DNA from: Actinomycetota bacterium
GTDB taxonomy: Bacteria; Actinomycetota; Thermoleophilia; RBG-16-64-13
NCBI GenBank assembly: GCA_016278725.1
Contig: JADQBG010000001.1
Coordinates: forward strand, 5,414-69,413
DNA: 64,000 nucleotides
Direction of reading: 5' to 3'
Below the pieces are notes generated by a model. It searched no databases. It saw nothing but the letters and a program-made list of their open reading frames with translations, and was not told the DNA's origin. The translations under genes and the position numbers were made by a program. Every line of letters begins with the position of its first letter. Within the stretch, counting starts at the first letter, position 1. Below are positions 19,544 to 28,739 of the stretch, one piece after another.

Positions 19544-20545
19544 ATGGCCGTCGACCTGGGGACGGCCAATACTTTGGTCTACGTGCGGGGCCGGGGCATC
19601 GTGCTCTCCGAGCCCTCCGTGGTGGCCATTGATTCCCGCTCCGGGGACGTGCACGCCGTCGGCGCCGAGGCCAAGCGGATGCTGGGCCGCACGCCGGGCA
19701 CCATCACCGCCATCCGTCCCCTAAAAGACGGGGTCATCGCCGACTTCGACGTAACCGAGCAGATGCTGCGTCACTTCATCCAGAAGGTTCACCAGAATCG
19801 CTGGGCCCACCCGCGGGTTGTCGTGTGTGTGCCTTCCGGGGTCACCGGAGTCGAGCGCCGCGCCGTGGAAGAGGCGACCATCACCGCCGGAGCGCGGGCC
19901 GCGTACCTGATCGAGGAGCCCATGGCGGCCGCGATCGGCGCCGGTCTTCCTGTCAGCGAACCGACCGGGAGCATGATCGTGGACATCGGCGGCGGCACCA
20001 GCGAGGTGGCGGTCATCTCGCTGGGAGGCATCGTCACCGCGCAGTCGGTGCGTATCGGCGGGGACGAACTCGACGAGGCGATCATCGCCTTCGTCAAGAA
20101 AGAGTACAAATTGATGATCGGCTCCCAAACCGCCGAAGAGCTCAAACTGGAGATCGGCTCCGCCTACATCTTGGAAGAAGAGGCGCAGGCCGAAATTCGG
20201 GGCCGGGACCTGGTCACCGGGCTCCCCAAGACCGTGGTGATTTCCTCGGAGGAGGTTCGCGACGCCATCGCCGAACCGGTGGCCTCCATCATCGACGCGA
20301 TCAAAGCGACGCTCGACAAGACTCCGCCCGAACTGGCCTCGGACATCATGGATCGGGGCATCATGCTTGCCGGAGGAGGCTCGCTTCTGCAGGGAATGAC
20401 CGAGCGGATCAGGGAAGAAACGCAAATGCCCGTTCATCTGGCCGAATCCCCGCTCACCTGTGTGGCGGTGGGCTCGGGCAGGTCTCTCGAAGAGTTCGAG
20501 GCGCTGCACCGGTCGTCACAGCGGGCACGCAAACGCCGGTACTGA
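19544..20545 (+). CDS. mreB: Rod-shape-determining protein MreB
   Basis: '[14 protein letters not shown]' and the actin-fold phosphate motifs. Confidence 0.9.
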   Translation: MAVDLGTANTLVYVRGRGIVLSEPSVVAIDSRSGDVHAVGAEAKRMLGRTPGTITAIRPLKDGVIADFDVTEQMLRHFIQKVHQNRWAHPRVVVCVPSGVTGVERRAVEEATITAGARAAYLIEEPMAAAIGAGLPVSEPTGSMIVDIGGGTSEVAVISLGGIVTAQSVRIGGDELDEAIIAFVKKEYKLMIGSQTAEELKLEIGSAYILEEEAQAEIRGRDLVTGLPKTVVISSEEVRDAIAEPVASIIDAIKATLDKTPPELASDIMDRGIMLAGGGSLLQGMTERIREETQMPVHLAESPLTCVAVGSGRSLEEFEALHRSSQRARKRRY

Positions 20546-20561
20546 TGGGCGGAGGTGCGGT

Positions 20562-21491
20562 TTGCTGCGAGATCCTGACGTGCGCCGGCGTCTTCTTTTT
20601 GGCGCACTCATAGTTACATCTCTAGTCCTGCTGACGGCCTTCTTCCGGGAACCGGCCACCGGAGCGCTTCACGGCCTGCAGCGCGGTACCCTGGGCTATC
20701 TCACCCCGCTGCAGAGCACGGCCACTCGGGCCATCGAGCCCTTCCAGGAAGGCTATCGCTGGGCGGATGACCTGCTCGAGGCGCACAGCCGCAACGAGGA
20801 CCTCCAGTCGGAACTCGAGGGCCTGCGCGGGCGCGTGGTCCAACTGGAAGAGGCCGATCAAGAGAACCAGCGGCTCAAAGAACTGCTGGATTTCCGCGAG
20901 GCTCCGATCTTCCCGGCCGGCTCCGAGTTCGTGGTTGCCCGGGTGATCGGACGCTCTCCCACGAGATGGCAGGAATGGGTCCACATCGACAAGGGAAGCG
21001 CGGATGGGCTGAAGCTCAATCAACCCGTGGTCGGGGCGACCAACGCAACCGGAGACTCGCTCTCGGGCAAGGGCCTTGTGGGAAAGGTTGTCGGGGTGAG
21101 CGATCATGCCGCCCAGATTCAGCTGATCACCGACCCGGAGTCCAGCGTGGCCGCACTGATCCAGCAATCCCGAGCGCGGGGTATCGTGGTGGTCCCTGAA
21201 GCCGGCCGGCTGGTGATGGACTACGTGGAGAGAGATCAGCGGGTCGAGGCCAAGCAAATCGTGGAGACCTCCGGATTTGGAGAGGTCTATCCCAAGGGCA
21301 TCCCGGTCGGCGTCGTGCAGACCGTGGGGGAAGAGGACGTCAACGTCTACAAGCAGATCGAGATCCGGCCCTTCGTGGACTTCGGCGTGCTCGAGGAAGT
21401 CATGGTCGTGATCTCGCCGGCGGTGCCAAAGGCGGATGAGTCGCAGATGAAGACGCTCACCCCGGCCGACGAGCCCGTGGCCACCCCATGA
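20562..21491 (+). CDS. mreC: Rod-shape-determining protein MreC
   Basis: N-terminal TM segment, coiled coil, and beta-rich C-terminal domain. I propose a TTG start at 20562, 5 nt after GGAGGTG, rather than the long upstream ORF that overlaps mreB. Confidence 0.75.
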   Translation: MLRDPDVRRRLLFGALIVTSLVLLTAFFREPATGALHGLQRGTLGYLTPLQSTATRAIEPFQEGYRWADDLLEAHSRNEDLQSELEGLRGRVVQLEEADQENQRLKELLDFREAPIFPAGSEFVVARVIGRSPTRWQEWVHIDKGSADGLKLNQPVVGATNATGDSLSGKGLVGKVVGVSDHAAQIQLITDPESSVAALIQQSRARGIVVVPEAGRLVMDYVERDQRVEAKQIVETSGFGEVYPKGIPVGVVQTVGEEDVNVYKQIEIRPFVDFGVLEEVMVVISPAVPKADESQMKTLTPADEPVATP

Positions 21492-22018
21492 CCTCCGCCT
21501 TGAGAATCCCGGATGGCGTGAGACTGGGGGGCATGCTGCTGGTCGCCGTGGCCGTCCAGGCCGTCGTGACCTCTCGTGTGCTGGTGCTCGGCGTCAGCGC
21601 CGATCTCTTCCTGGTGCTCGCGGTGCTGGTGGCGCTGGGCCGCGGTTCGACCAAAGGCGCGCTGTTTGGTTTTGGCGCCGGGCTGTTGGCCGACATCATC
21701 TACCTGGAGCCGGTGGGCCTGCGCACCTTCATCTATCTCATGTTGGGCTACGGGGTGGGGCGCTACTCCGAGATTCTGGGCGTTGCCAGCGCTTGGACCG
21801 TGGTCTTGCTGACCGCGGTCTCGGCCTTCTCGGCGGAACTCGTCTACGGCCTCTTTCAGGTGCTTGCCGGGCAACCCGGTTCGTTCTGGGCCATGCTGCA
21901 ACAGCAGGTCCTGCCGGCGGCGCTGCTGGACGCCCTGGTGGCAGCACCCCTCTATCTGGGGCTGGTTCGCCTGGGAATGCTCGACCCTCCCGGCGGAGCC
22001 GGACCTTCGTTCAAATAA
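21488..22018 (+). CDS. mreD: Rod-shape-determining protein MreD
   Basis: Small polytopic membrane protein directly after mreC with a 4-nt overlap. Confidence 0.75.
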   Translation: MTSALRIPDGVRLGGMLLVAVAVQAVVTSRVLVLGVSADLFLVLAVLVALGRGSTKGALFGFGAGLLADIIYLEPVGLRTFIYLMLGYGVGRYSEILGVASAWTVVLLTAVSAFSAELVYGLFQVLAGQPGSFWAMLQQQVLPAALLDALVAAPLYLGLVRLGMLDPPGGAGPSFK

Positions 22019-22076
22019 CTCAACTCACCGACTCCGTCCTTTAGGGCGCGGAGAACCGGAGAAGCGGTAGCGACAG

Positions 22077-24008
22077 TTGTATCTCGAACCAACAAGAAAA
22101 CAGCGTTCCCCATCCGACGATTCCTCCCTGGGCATGCGCCTGGGGATCCTCGCCGTGGTGGTTCTGCTTGCCTTCAGCGTCCTGGGATTCCGGCTGTGGT
22201 TTCTGCAGATGATCTCGGGCGACCAATACACCCTGATGGCGGATAACAACCGGCTGCGCACGGTCACCATCGAGGCTCCTCGCGGGGTCGTCTACGACCG
22301 GGGAGGTCCCGACGAAGGCACTGCGCTGGTCGAGAACCGGGCCGGCCTGAGCGTGGGCATCCTTCCCATGGACCTCCGCAACGAAGAGCAGGTGGTGCCC
22401 CGCCTGGCTTCGCTCCTGGAGGTGCCGGAGGCGGAGCTGTGGCAGAAGCTCGAGGCCGCGAAGGAAGACCCGTACGTGGTCACGATAATCAAAGAGGACG
22501 TCTCGGAAGACGATGTGGTCGCCTATCTCGAGGAGCACCGGGTGGAGTTCCCGGGGGTGCGGATCGAGAAGGCCTACCTGCGTGATTATCCGCGGGATGC
22601 CTTTGCCACTCATCTGCTGGGCTACGTAGGGGAGGTCTCGGAGGAAGAGTTGGCCGGTGAGAAGTTCCGTCTGCTGAAGCCGGGCGCCAAAGTGGGCAAG
22701 GACGGGATCGAGCACACCTACGATAACTTCCTCCGGGGAGTCGACGGCACCCGAACGGTGGAAGTCGACGCCGCCGGGCGGCCCAAGCGCGAGGTCTCCA
22801 TGAGCCCGCCCCTGCCCGGAAAGAATCTCTGGCTGACCATTGACTCCGATCTTCAGGATGCCGCCGAGCGCGGTATCGCCGAGGGGATCGAGCTCGCCCA
22901 GGGCCAGGGTTTCGAGAAGGCCGACGCCGGCGTCGTGGTCGCGCTCGACCCGCGTAACGGCGAGGTGCTGGCCATGGCTTCCTATCCAGACTATCCGCTG
23001 TCGTACTGGGTCGGGGGCATGGGCGAAAAGGAGTACGCGAGCCTGACCGCGGAGGAGGCCAACAATCCGCTGTTCAACCGGGCGGTCAAAGGCCTGTATC
23101 CGGCGGCGTCCACCTTCAAGCCCTTCGTGGCCTTGGCCGCCCTGGAGAACGACGTGATCACGCCGGAAACGGTCTTTAACGACCCGGGCTTCTACCAGAT
23201 CGGGGACCAGCGCTGGAAGTGCTGGGAGGAGGACGGTCACGGCGAGGTGAACCTGGTCGAAGCGATCACGGAGTCCTGCGACACCTACTTCTACAACGTG
23301 GGCCACAAGTTCTATAAGAAGGAAGGCCCGGTCATGCAGGATTTCGTACGTCAGTTCGGCTTTGGCAGCCCCACCGGCATCGACCTGCCCGACGAGTACT
23401 TCGGCCGCGTGCCCGACAAGGATTGGAAGCAGGAGAACGGCAAGACGGATGAGGAAAGAGCCTGGAAGCCTGGAGACGATGTAAACTTGTCCATCGGCCA
23501 GGGTGACCTGCTGAGCACCCCGCTGCAGCTGGCCACCGGCTTCGCTGCAATCGCCAACGCGTCCACCGAGGACGCCAACGGCCGGGTCAAGCTCAACCTG
23601 CTCGTGCCGAGGCTGGCCCTCAAGGTCACCGACAACGCGGGCAACGTGGAGCACGAGGTGGAGACCGAGAAGCGGGGCGAAATCGAGGTCGACGCCGACG
23701 ACCTCCGCGCGGTCAAACGCGGATTGGAATTGGTCACCTCGGAGGTAGGGGGAACCGCCAGGACGGCCTTCGAGGGCTTCCCCGTGGCGGTGGCCGGCAA
23801 GACCGGCACCGCGGAGAAGAAACCGGAAGACGATTACGCCTGGTTCATGGGCTACGCACCTGCCGACCAACCTGAGATCCTGGTGGTCGCTCTCATCGAA
23901 CAGGGCGGGCACGGCAGTTCGGTGGCGGCTCCGGTCGTGCGCCGGGTGCTGGAGCGCTACTTCCAGCAGGAGCCGAGCGCGCTCAGGCAACTCGAGGTGA
24001 GCGAATGA
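22077..24008 (+). CDS. mrdA: Penicillin-binding protein 2 (elongasome transpeptidase)
   Basis: N-terminal anchor 'FRLWFLQMISGDQY', SxxK 'STFKPF', SxN and KTG(T). The TTG start at 22077 is uncertain; the alternative is ATG at 22134. Confidence 0.85.
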   Translation: MYLEPTRKQRSPSDDSSLGMRLGILAVVVLLAFSVLGFRLWFLQMISGDQYTLMADNNRLRTVTIEAPRGVVYDRGGPDEGTALVENRAGLSVGILPMDLRNEEQVVPRLASLLEVPEAELWQKLEAAKEDPYVVTIIKEDVSEDDVVAYLEEHRVEFPGVRIEKAYLRDYPRDAFATHLLGYVGEVSEEELAGEKFRLLKPGAKVGKDGIEHTYDNFLRGVDGTRTVEVDAAGRPKREVSMSPPLPGKNLWLTIDSDLQDAAERGIAEGIELAQGQGFEKADAGVVVALDPRNGEVLAMASYPDYPLSYWVGGMGEKEYASLTAEEANNPLFNRAVKGLYPAASTFKPFVALAALENDVITPETVFNDPGFYQIGDQRWKCWEEDGHGEVNLVEAITESCDTYFYNVGHKFYKKEGPVMQDFVRQFGFGSPTGIDLPDEYFGRVPDKDWKQENGKTDEERAWKPGDDVNLSIGQGDLLSTPLQLATGFAAIANASTEDANGRVKLNLLVPRLALKVTDNAGNVEHEVETEKRGEIEVDADDLRAVKRGLELVTSEVGGTARTAFEGFPVAVAGKTGTAEKKPEDDYAWFMGYAPADQPEILVVALIEQGGHGSSVAAPVVRRVLERYFQQEPSALRQLEVSE

Positions 24009-25222
24009 GCGTGCTGCAGAGGTCTTCGGAACGTCCCTTTGGCGGCTTTCGCCTGGGCGCCTACCTCAAGAACGTGGATTGGCTGCTTTTCTTCGTCACC
24101 TTGGCCCTGGCCGGGTTTGGCCTCGCGATGATCTACTCGGCGAGCTACCAGGATTCCAACATAGCCCGGCCCACCGCCTACGTCGACGCCCAGTTGGTCG
24201 GCCTGGTCTTGGGGTTCTTGGGGATGGTGGTGGTCAGTCTCTTCGACTTCGCCTGGCTGACGAACTGGCGGCGCTACCTCTACGGTTTCACCGTGGTGCT
24301 CCTGCTGGTCACCTTGGTGATCGGCGACGAACGCATGGGCGCCCGCCGCTGGATCGCGCTGCCCTTCATGGACCTGCAGTCCTCGGAATTGGCCAAACTG
24401 TTGATCATCACTTCCTTCGGGGCCTTCCTGGCCGAGGGCGTGGAGTTGCGCGGCCGTTTTCGTTTCGTCCTCCAGGCCACGGCATATGTGGGCGTGCCCG
24501 CGGCGCTGATCTTCGTGCAGCCGGATCTGGGCACCTCACTCGTGTTCCTGGTGATCTACTTCACCATGCTCTTGGTCTGGGGGGCGCGCTGGAGCCATCT
24601 CGCGGTGCTGGTGGGTACCCTGCTCGCCACGGCCGTCATGGTGCTGCGGGTGCTCCCCACCACCTTCGGCGTGCACCTGCTCAAGCCGTATCAGATCGAA
24701 CGGCTCACGGTCTTCCTCGATCCCCAGCTGGATTCCGGCGACGCGGGTTATCAGCTCGCGCAGAGCAAGATCGCCGTGGCCAGCGGAATGGTTACCGGAA
24801 AGGGCTTCATGGAGGGCACCCAGACGCATCTCAATTTCCTGCCCGCCCACCACACCGACTTCATCTTCTCGGTGGTGGGGGAGGAGTTGGGGTTCGTGGG
24901 CGCCTCTCTCTTGCTCGGTCTTTATCTGATTCTCCTCTGGCGGGCATTCCGCATCGCCGCCGAGTCCAAGAACCTCTACGGCTCGCTCTTGGCCACCGGG
25001 GTCATCGGCGTGGTGCTGTTCCAGGTTTTCGTCAACGTGGGTATGACGATCGGCATCATGCCCATCACCGGCCTCCCCCTGCCCTTTATGAGCTTCGGCA
25101 GCAGTTCCCTGGTGACGTTCTTCCTGGCTTCGGGCCTGCTGCAAAGCGTGCACATTCACTCTCGCGTCGCCCTGTACGGTGGCCGCGTAAAAGGAGAGCC
25201 ATATGGCCAGCTTGCCACTTAG
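24005..25222 (+). CDS. rodA: SEDS-family peptidoglycan polymerase RodA
   Basis: FtsW/RodA/SpoVE fold, ten TM segments. It follows PBP2 with an ATGA overlap. Confidence 0.85.
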   Translation: MSVLQRSSERPFGGFRLGAYLKNVDWLLFFVTLALAGFGLAMIYSASYQDSNIARPTAYVDAQLVGLVLGFLGMVVVSLFDFAWLTNWRRYLYGFTVVLLLVTLVIGDERMGARRWIALPFMDLQSSELAKLLIITSFGAFLAEGVELRGRFRFVLQATAYVGVPAALIFVQPDLGTSLVFLVIYFTMLLVWGARWSHLAVLVGTLLATAVMVLRVLPTTFGVHLLKPYQIERLTVFLDPQLDSGDAGYQLAQSKIAVASGMVTGKGFMEGTQTHLNFLPAHHTDFIFSVVGEELGFVGASLLLGLYLILLWRAFRIAAESKNLYGSLLATGVIGVVLFQVFVNVGMTIGIMPITGLPLPFMSFGSSSLVTFFLASGLLQSVHIHSRVALYGGRVKGEPYGQLAT

Positions 25223-26168
25223 CCCCAGCAAGATCTGGGATGCGTGGAAAGACGTAACCGCCGCGTCCGAGACTCAGGCCGACCTCATTCTGACCGGGGA
25301 TATGGGGCTGGTCGAACGGGCCCGAGTGGAGTTGGCGCCCACGGGAGGAGCCGGAGAGCCGGGCGGGCACAGCCGCATATGGAACGGCAGCGCGGAGGGG
25401 TTGGCCCAACTGAGCCTGGACGAGGGCGATACCTTGCTGGTGTTCGCGCAGCCGGGGGACGAGGATGCCTGGGCCGGGGCGCTCAAGAAACGTAAGCCCC
25501 GGGCTGCGGTGGTCGTGGTGGACGACGGCCCTGCGGCCGGCTATGAGATCACCTGGTACCGCAAGAACGTGTACCGCGTCTCGTTTGCCGATGATCCCCG
25601 CGGCTGGGAAAAGCTGGCCGAGGCCATCGTGGACGCGAACGGAGAGCGTTTCGTTTCGCTCGCCCGCCGCTACCCCCGGCTGCGTAAGGTCGCCGCCCAC
25701 CGGGTGATCGAAGAGACCTCGCGCCAGAACGGCGTGGTGGGCGTCGCCTTCTTCGTGCCGGGCACGGACATGCCGGTGATGACGCTCAACCAGATCAAGA
25801 TGGTGCTCTCTCTGGCGGTGATGCACGGAGAGGAGCTCTCTCGTGACCGGGCGGTCGAGATTCTGGGAGTGGTCGGCGCAGGGCTGGGGTTGCGCACCGT
25901 TGCCCGGGAGGCTCTCGGTTTCATACCCGGGCCCGGTTGGGCGTTGAAGGGAGCCTTGGGCTACAGCGGGACCCGGGCCGTGGGCGAGGCGGCGCTGCGG
26001 TACTTCCGCGAAGACGGCGACCGCTCCCCCGGCCGTTTCGCCAAGCTTCTGGGGAAGGCGCGGGAGAGCGCACCGGGCGTGACCGAGACCGCCGGTGGGG
26101 CCGTAGCGTCATTGGGCGAAACGGCGACGGAAAAGGTCTCCGGACTGCTCAAACGCTTCCGCTCGTGA
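25203..26168 (+). CDS. Hypothetical protein: degenerate GTPase-like N-terminal domain fused to a DUF697 (YcjF-like) C-terminal domain
   Basis: Walker A is degenerate ('LILTGDMGL'). The C-terminal part, 'MTLNQIKMVLSLAVMHGEELS...LGFIPGPGWALKGALGYSGTRAVGEAALRYF', resembles DUF697. Confidence 0.5.
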   Translation: MASLPLSPSKIWDAWKDVTAASETQADLILTGDMGLVERARVELAPTGGAGEPGGHSRIWNGSAEGLAQLSLDEGDTLLVFAQPGDEDAWAGALKKRKPRAAVVVVDDGPAAGYEITWYRKNVYRVSFADDPRGWEKLAEAIVDANGERFVSLARRYPRLRKVAAHRVIEETSRQNGVVGVAFFVPGTDMPVMTLNQIKMVLSLAVMHGEELSRDRAVEILGVVGAGLGLRTVAREALGFIPGPGWALKGALGYSGTRAVGEAALRYFREDGDRSPGRFAKLLGKARESAPGVTETAGGAVASLGETATEKVSGLLKRFRS

Positions 26169-28732
26169 ATGCGGGCGGGGAGCGGCACGCCGCCGAACTC
26201 CGCCGCCGATACGAGCAGTTGGTGGGGCGGATCGCGAATCCGGCCAGGCTGACCGGCGGAGAGATCGGCGCGGGCGCGGGCTTCTCCGATGACCAACCCG
26301 AGCTGCGGGTGGCGCTGGGCTTCCCCGATACCTACGAGATAGGCATCGCCAATCAGGCCATGCAGATTCTCTATCACGAGGCGGGTGGGACTCCGGGAGT
26401 TGCGGTTGAGCGCGTCTATCTTCCCTGGGTAGACGTCATCGCCGAGCTGCGCGCCCAGGGACTGCCGCTCCTCACCCTGGAGAGCTGGACGCCGGTCCGC
26501 CAGGCCCACTTGCTGGGTCTCACCCTGCAGCACGAACTCAACTTCAGCAACGTGCTCGAGCTGCTCGATCTTGCGGAGGTTCCCCTGCGGGCGGCTGAAC
26601 GGGGCGAGGGCGATCCCCTGGTGCTCGGGGGAGGGCCGGCGATGGCCAACCTCGTGCCTTTGACCCCCTTCTTCGACGCCTTCGTCGTGGGCGACGGGGA
26701 GGTCATCTTCCCCGAGGTGTTGGACGCGGAGCGGGAGGCGCGCTCGCGCGGAGCGGACCGCCGGGAAAGGCGCGAATCGCTGGCCCGCATTCCCGGGGTC
26801 TACGTTCCCGGCATCTCCCAGAAAGTGACCCGCCGGGTGGTGGCCGACCTCGCTCTTGCCGACTACCCGGAGCAGTGTCTGGTGCCTCTGACCGCGGGGG
26901 TGCACGATCGGGCCTGGGTAGAGGTGATGCGCGGCTGCACCCGGGGTTGCCGCTATTGCCAAGCGGGGATGTGGTATCGCCCGGTGAGGGAGCGGCCTGC
27001 GGAGATGGTGGTCAGCATGGCCGCGGGCGCCGCCCGGGCCACCGGGCATCAGGAGGTGAGCCTCGCTTCGCTTTCCACCACCGACTACAGCGCCCTCGCT
27101 CCGGTCATCGCCGTGCTCGAAAAGGAAGCGCCGGACCTCGAGGTGAATCTGCCTTCCCTCCGGGTCGATTCGGCGGCGGTGCGGCTCGCGCACGTCACCT
27201 CGGGGAGGGGGTCCTCGGTCACCCTGGCCCCGGAGGCAGGCAGCCAGCGCATGCGCGACGTCATCAACAAGAACGTCACCGAGGCGGATATTTTCGACGC
27301 CGCCGGGCAGGCGTTCTCGCTGGGCTACACCACCATCAAGCTGTACTTCATGATCGGCCTGCCCCAGGAGCGCGACGAGGACGTCGAGGCAATCGTCGAT
27401 CTGGTCCGGCGGCTGCAGGCGCTCGGCCGCGAGCAGTTGGGCCCGCAGGTGGGACGGCTGCAGGTGCACGTCAGCGTCACCAACTTCATTCCCAAGCCCT
27501 TCACCCCGTTTCAGTGGGCCGGCATGGCAGCTCCCGAGGTGTTGAGGCGGCGGCAGGATCTCCTGCGTCTCGGCCTGCGGGGAAAAGGTCTCAAACTCTC
27601 CCTGCACGACATCCCCGGCAGCTACCTCGAGGCCGCCCTGGCGCGGGGGGGCGAGGAGATCGCCGACGTGATCGAGAACGCTTGGCGCCGGGGCGCCCGT
27701 TTCGACTCCTGGACCGAGCAGTTCGACCTGCGCGCTTGGGAGGGTGCTTTCGCCGCCGCGCCGGAGGCCCCCCTGGGCGCCGGGATACAGGCGCGGGCCA
27801 CCCGCGCGCTTGACCGCGAGGAGAGCCTGCCCTGGGATCTGATCGAAGGCGCGGTGGACCGCGGCTTTCTGTGGGCGGAGTGGCAGCGGGCGTTGCGCGC
27901 CGAGACCACGGCCGACTGCCGCGGAAGCGAGTGCGGGGCCTGCGGCGCCTGCGGCGGGGGCGTGGAGATGGTGGTGGGGCCACCGGCGGCTTCACCCGCG
28001 GCGGCCATCGAGGGGCGGGTGACCCTCTCTCCGGAGCCCGCCGCCCCAACCGGGCAAGCGGAGAGCGCCCTCGCTACCTGGTACAGCCTCTCGTTTGCGG
28101 TGGAAGGCCGGGCGCGCTTTCTGGGCCACCTGGATTCCGCGGAAGTCCTCCGCCGGGCGGTACGCCGGGCGGGCGGACGTTTGGCGCTCTCGGCAGGCCT
28201 GCGCCCCAAGCCCTTGTTGGGGCTGGCGCTCCCCCGGGCGGTGGGGGTCTCGAGCCGGGGAGACCTCGCGGAGTTTGCGCTGGCAGAAGAGCCGAGCGGC
28301 GATTTCAAAGACCGCCTTAGCGCCGCTTTGCCCAAGGGGTTTCGCCTGCTCGAGCTCACCCGGGTGGGCGAACGTCCCCGGCTGGCCGCGAGGGTCGAAG
28401 GAGCGGAGTACCTCGTCGGCCTGGCACCGCCGGCGACGCCCGCGCTGGAGCGACTTAGAGAGGCGGCCGAAAGGTATAGTACGATGGAGTCCATTCCCGT
28501 CGAACGGATTCGAGAGAAGGGCAAACGGCAGGTCGACGTGCGTGAGTATGCCGATCAGCCGGTGGTTCGGGCACATGAAGACCGACTGCTGCTCTCCTTT
28601 TCCGTTCGAGTGACGCCGCGGGGTACCGTCCGGCCTGAAGAGGTCGTGCGGGCTCTGGAGGATCTGGCGGGACTTCAATTGGAGATCGGTTACATGGAAC
28701 GAACGCGAATTCAGCTACGAGAGGATTCCTGA
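26165..28732 (+). CDS. Radical SAM protein (TIGR03960-like, with B12-binding-like N-terminus) fused to a DUF2344 (TIGR03936-like) C-terminal domain
   Basis: 'PDTYEIG...', a CxxxCxxC-type motif ('RGCTRGCRYCQAGMWYRP'), and a C-terminal DUF2344-like region. GTG start at 26165 overlapping the upstream stop (GTGA). Confidence 0.75.
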   Translation: MNAGGERHAAELRRRYEQLVGRIANPARLTGGEIGAGAGFSDDQPELRVALGFPDTYEIGIANQAMQILYHEAGGTPGVAVERVYLPWVDVIAELRAQGLPLLTLESWTPVRQAHLLGLTLQHELNFSNVLELLDLAEVPLRAAERGEGDPLVLGGGPAMANLVPLTPFFDAFVVGDGEVIFPEVLDAEREARSRGADRRERRESLARIPGVYVPGISQKVTRRVVADLALADYPEQCLVPLTAGVHDRAWVEVMRGCTRGCRYCQAGMWYRPVRERPAEMVVSMAAGAARATGHQEVSLASLSTTDYSALAPVIAVLEKEAPDLEVNLPSLRVDSAAVRLAHVTSGRGSSVTLAPEAGSQRMRDVINKNVTEADIFDAAGQAFSLGYTTIKLYFMIGLPQERDEDVEAIVDLVRRLQALGREQLGPQVGRLQVHVSVTNFIPKPFTPFQWAGMAAPEVLRRRQDLLRLGLRGKGLKLSLHDIPGSYLEAALARGGEEIADVIENAWRRGARFDSWTEQFDLRAWEGAFAAAPEAPLGAGIQARATRALDREESLPWDLIEGAVDRGFLWAEWQRALRAETTADCRGSECGACGACGGGVEMVVGPPAASPAAAIEGRVTLSPEPAAPTGQAESALATWYSLSFAVEGRARFLGHLDSAEVLRRAVRRAGGRLALSAGLRPKPLLGLALPRAVGVSSRGDLAEFALAEEPSGDFKDRLSAALPKGFRLLELTRVGERPRLAARVEGAEYLVGLAPPATPALERLREAAERYSTMESIPVERIREKGKRQVDVREYADQPVVRAHEDRLLLSFSVRVTPRGTVRPEEVVRALEDLAGLQLEIGYMERTRIQLREDS

Positions 28733-28739
28733 GCCAACC

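Noticed and set aside
25937-26164. N-terminal extension of the radical-SAM ORF back to ATG 25937, which would overlap the DUF697 gene by 230 nt
   Set aside because: The extension is Arg/Gly/Pro-rich junk. Homology to TIGR03960-type proteins begins near 'LVGRIANPARL', and a GTG at 26165 gives a clean GTGA coupling with the upstream stop.
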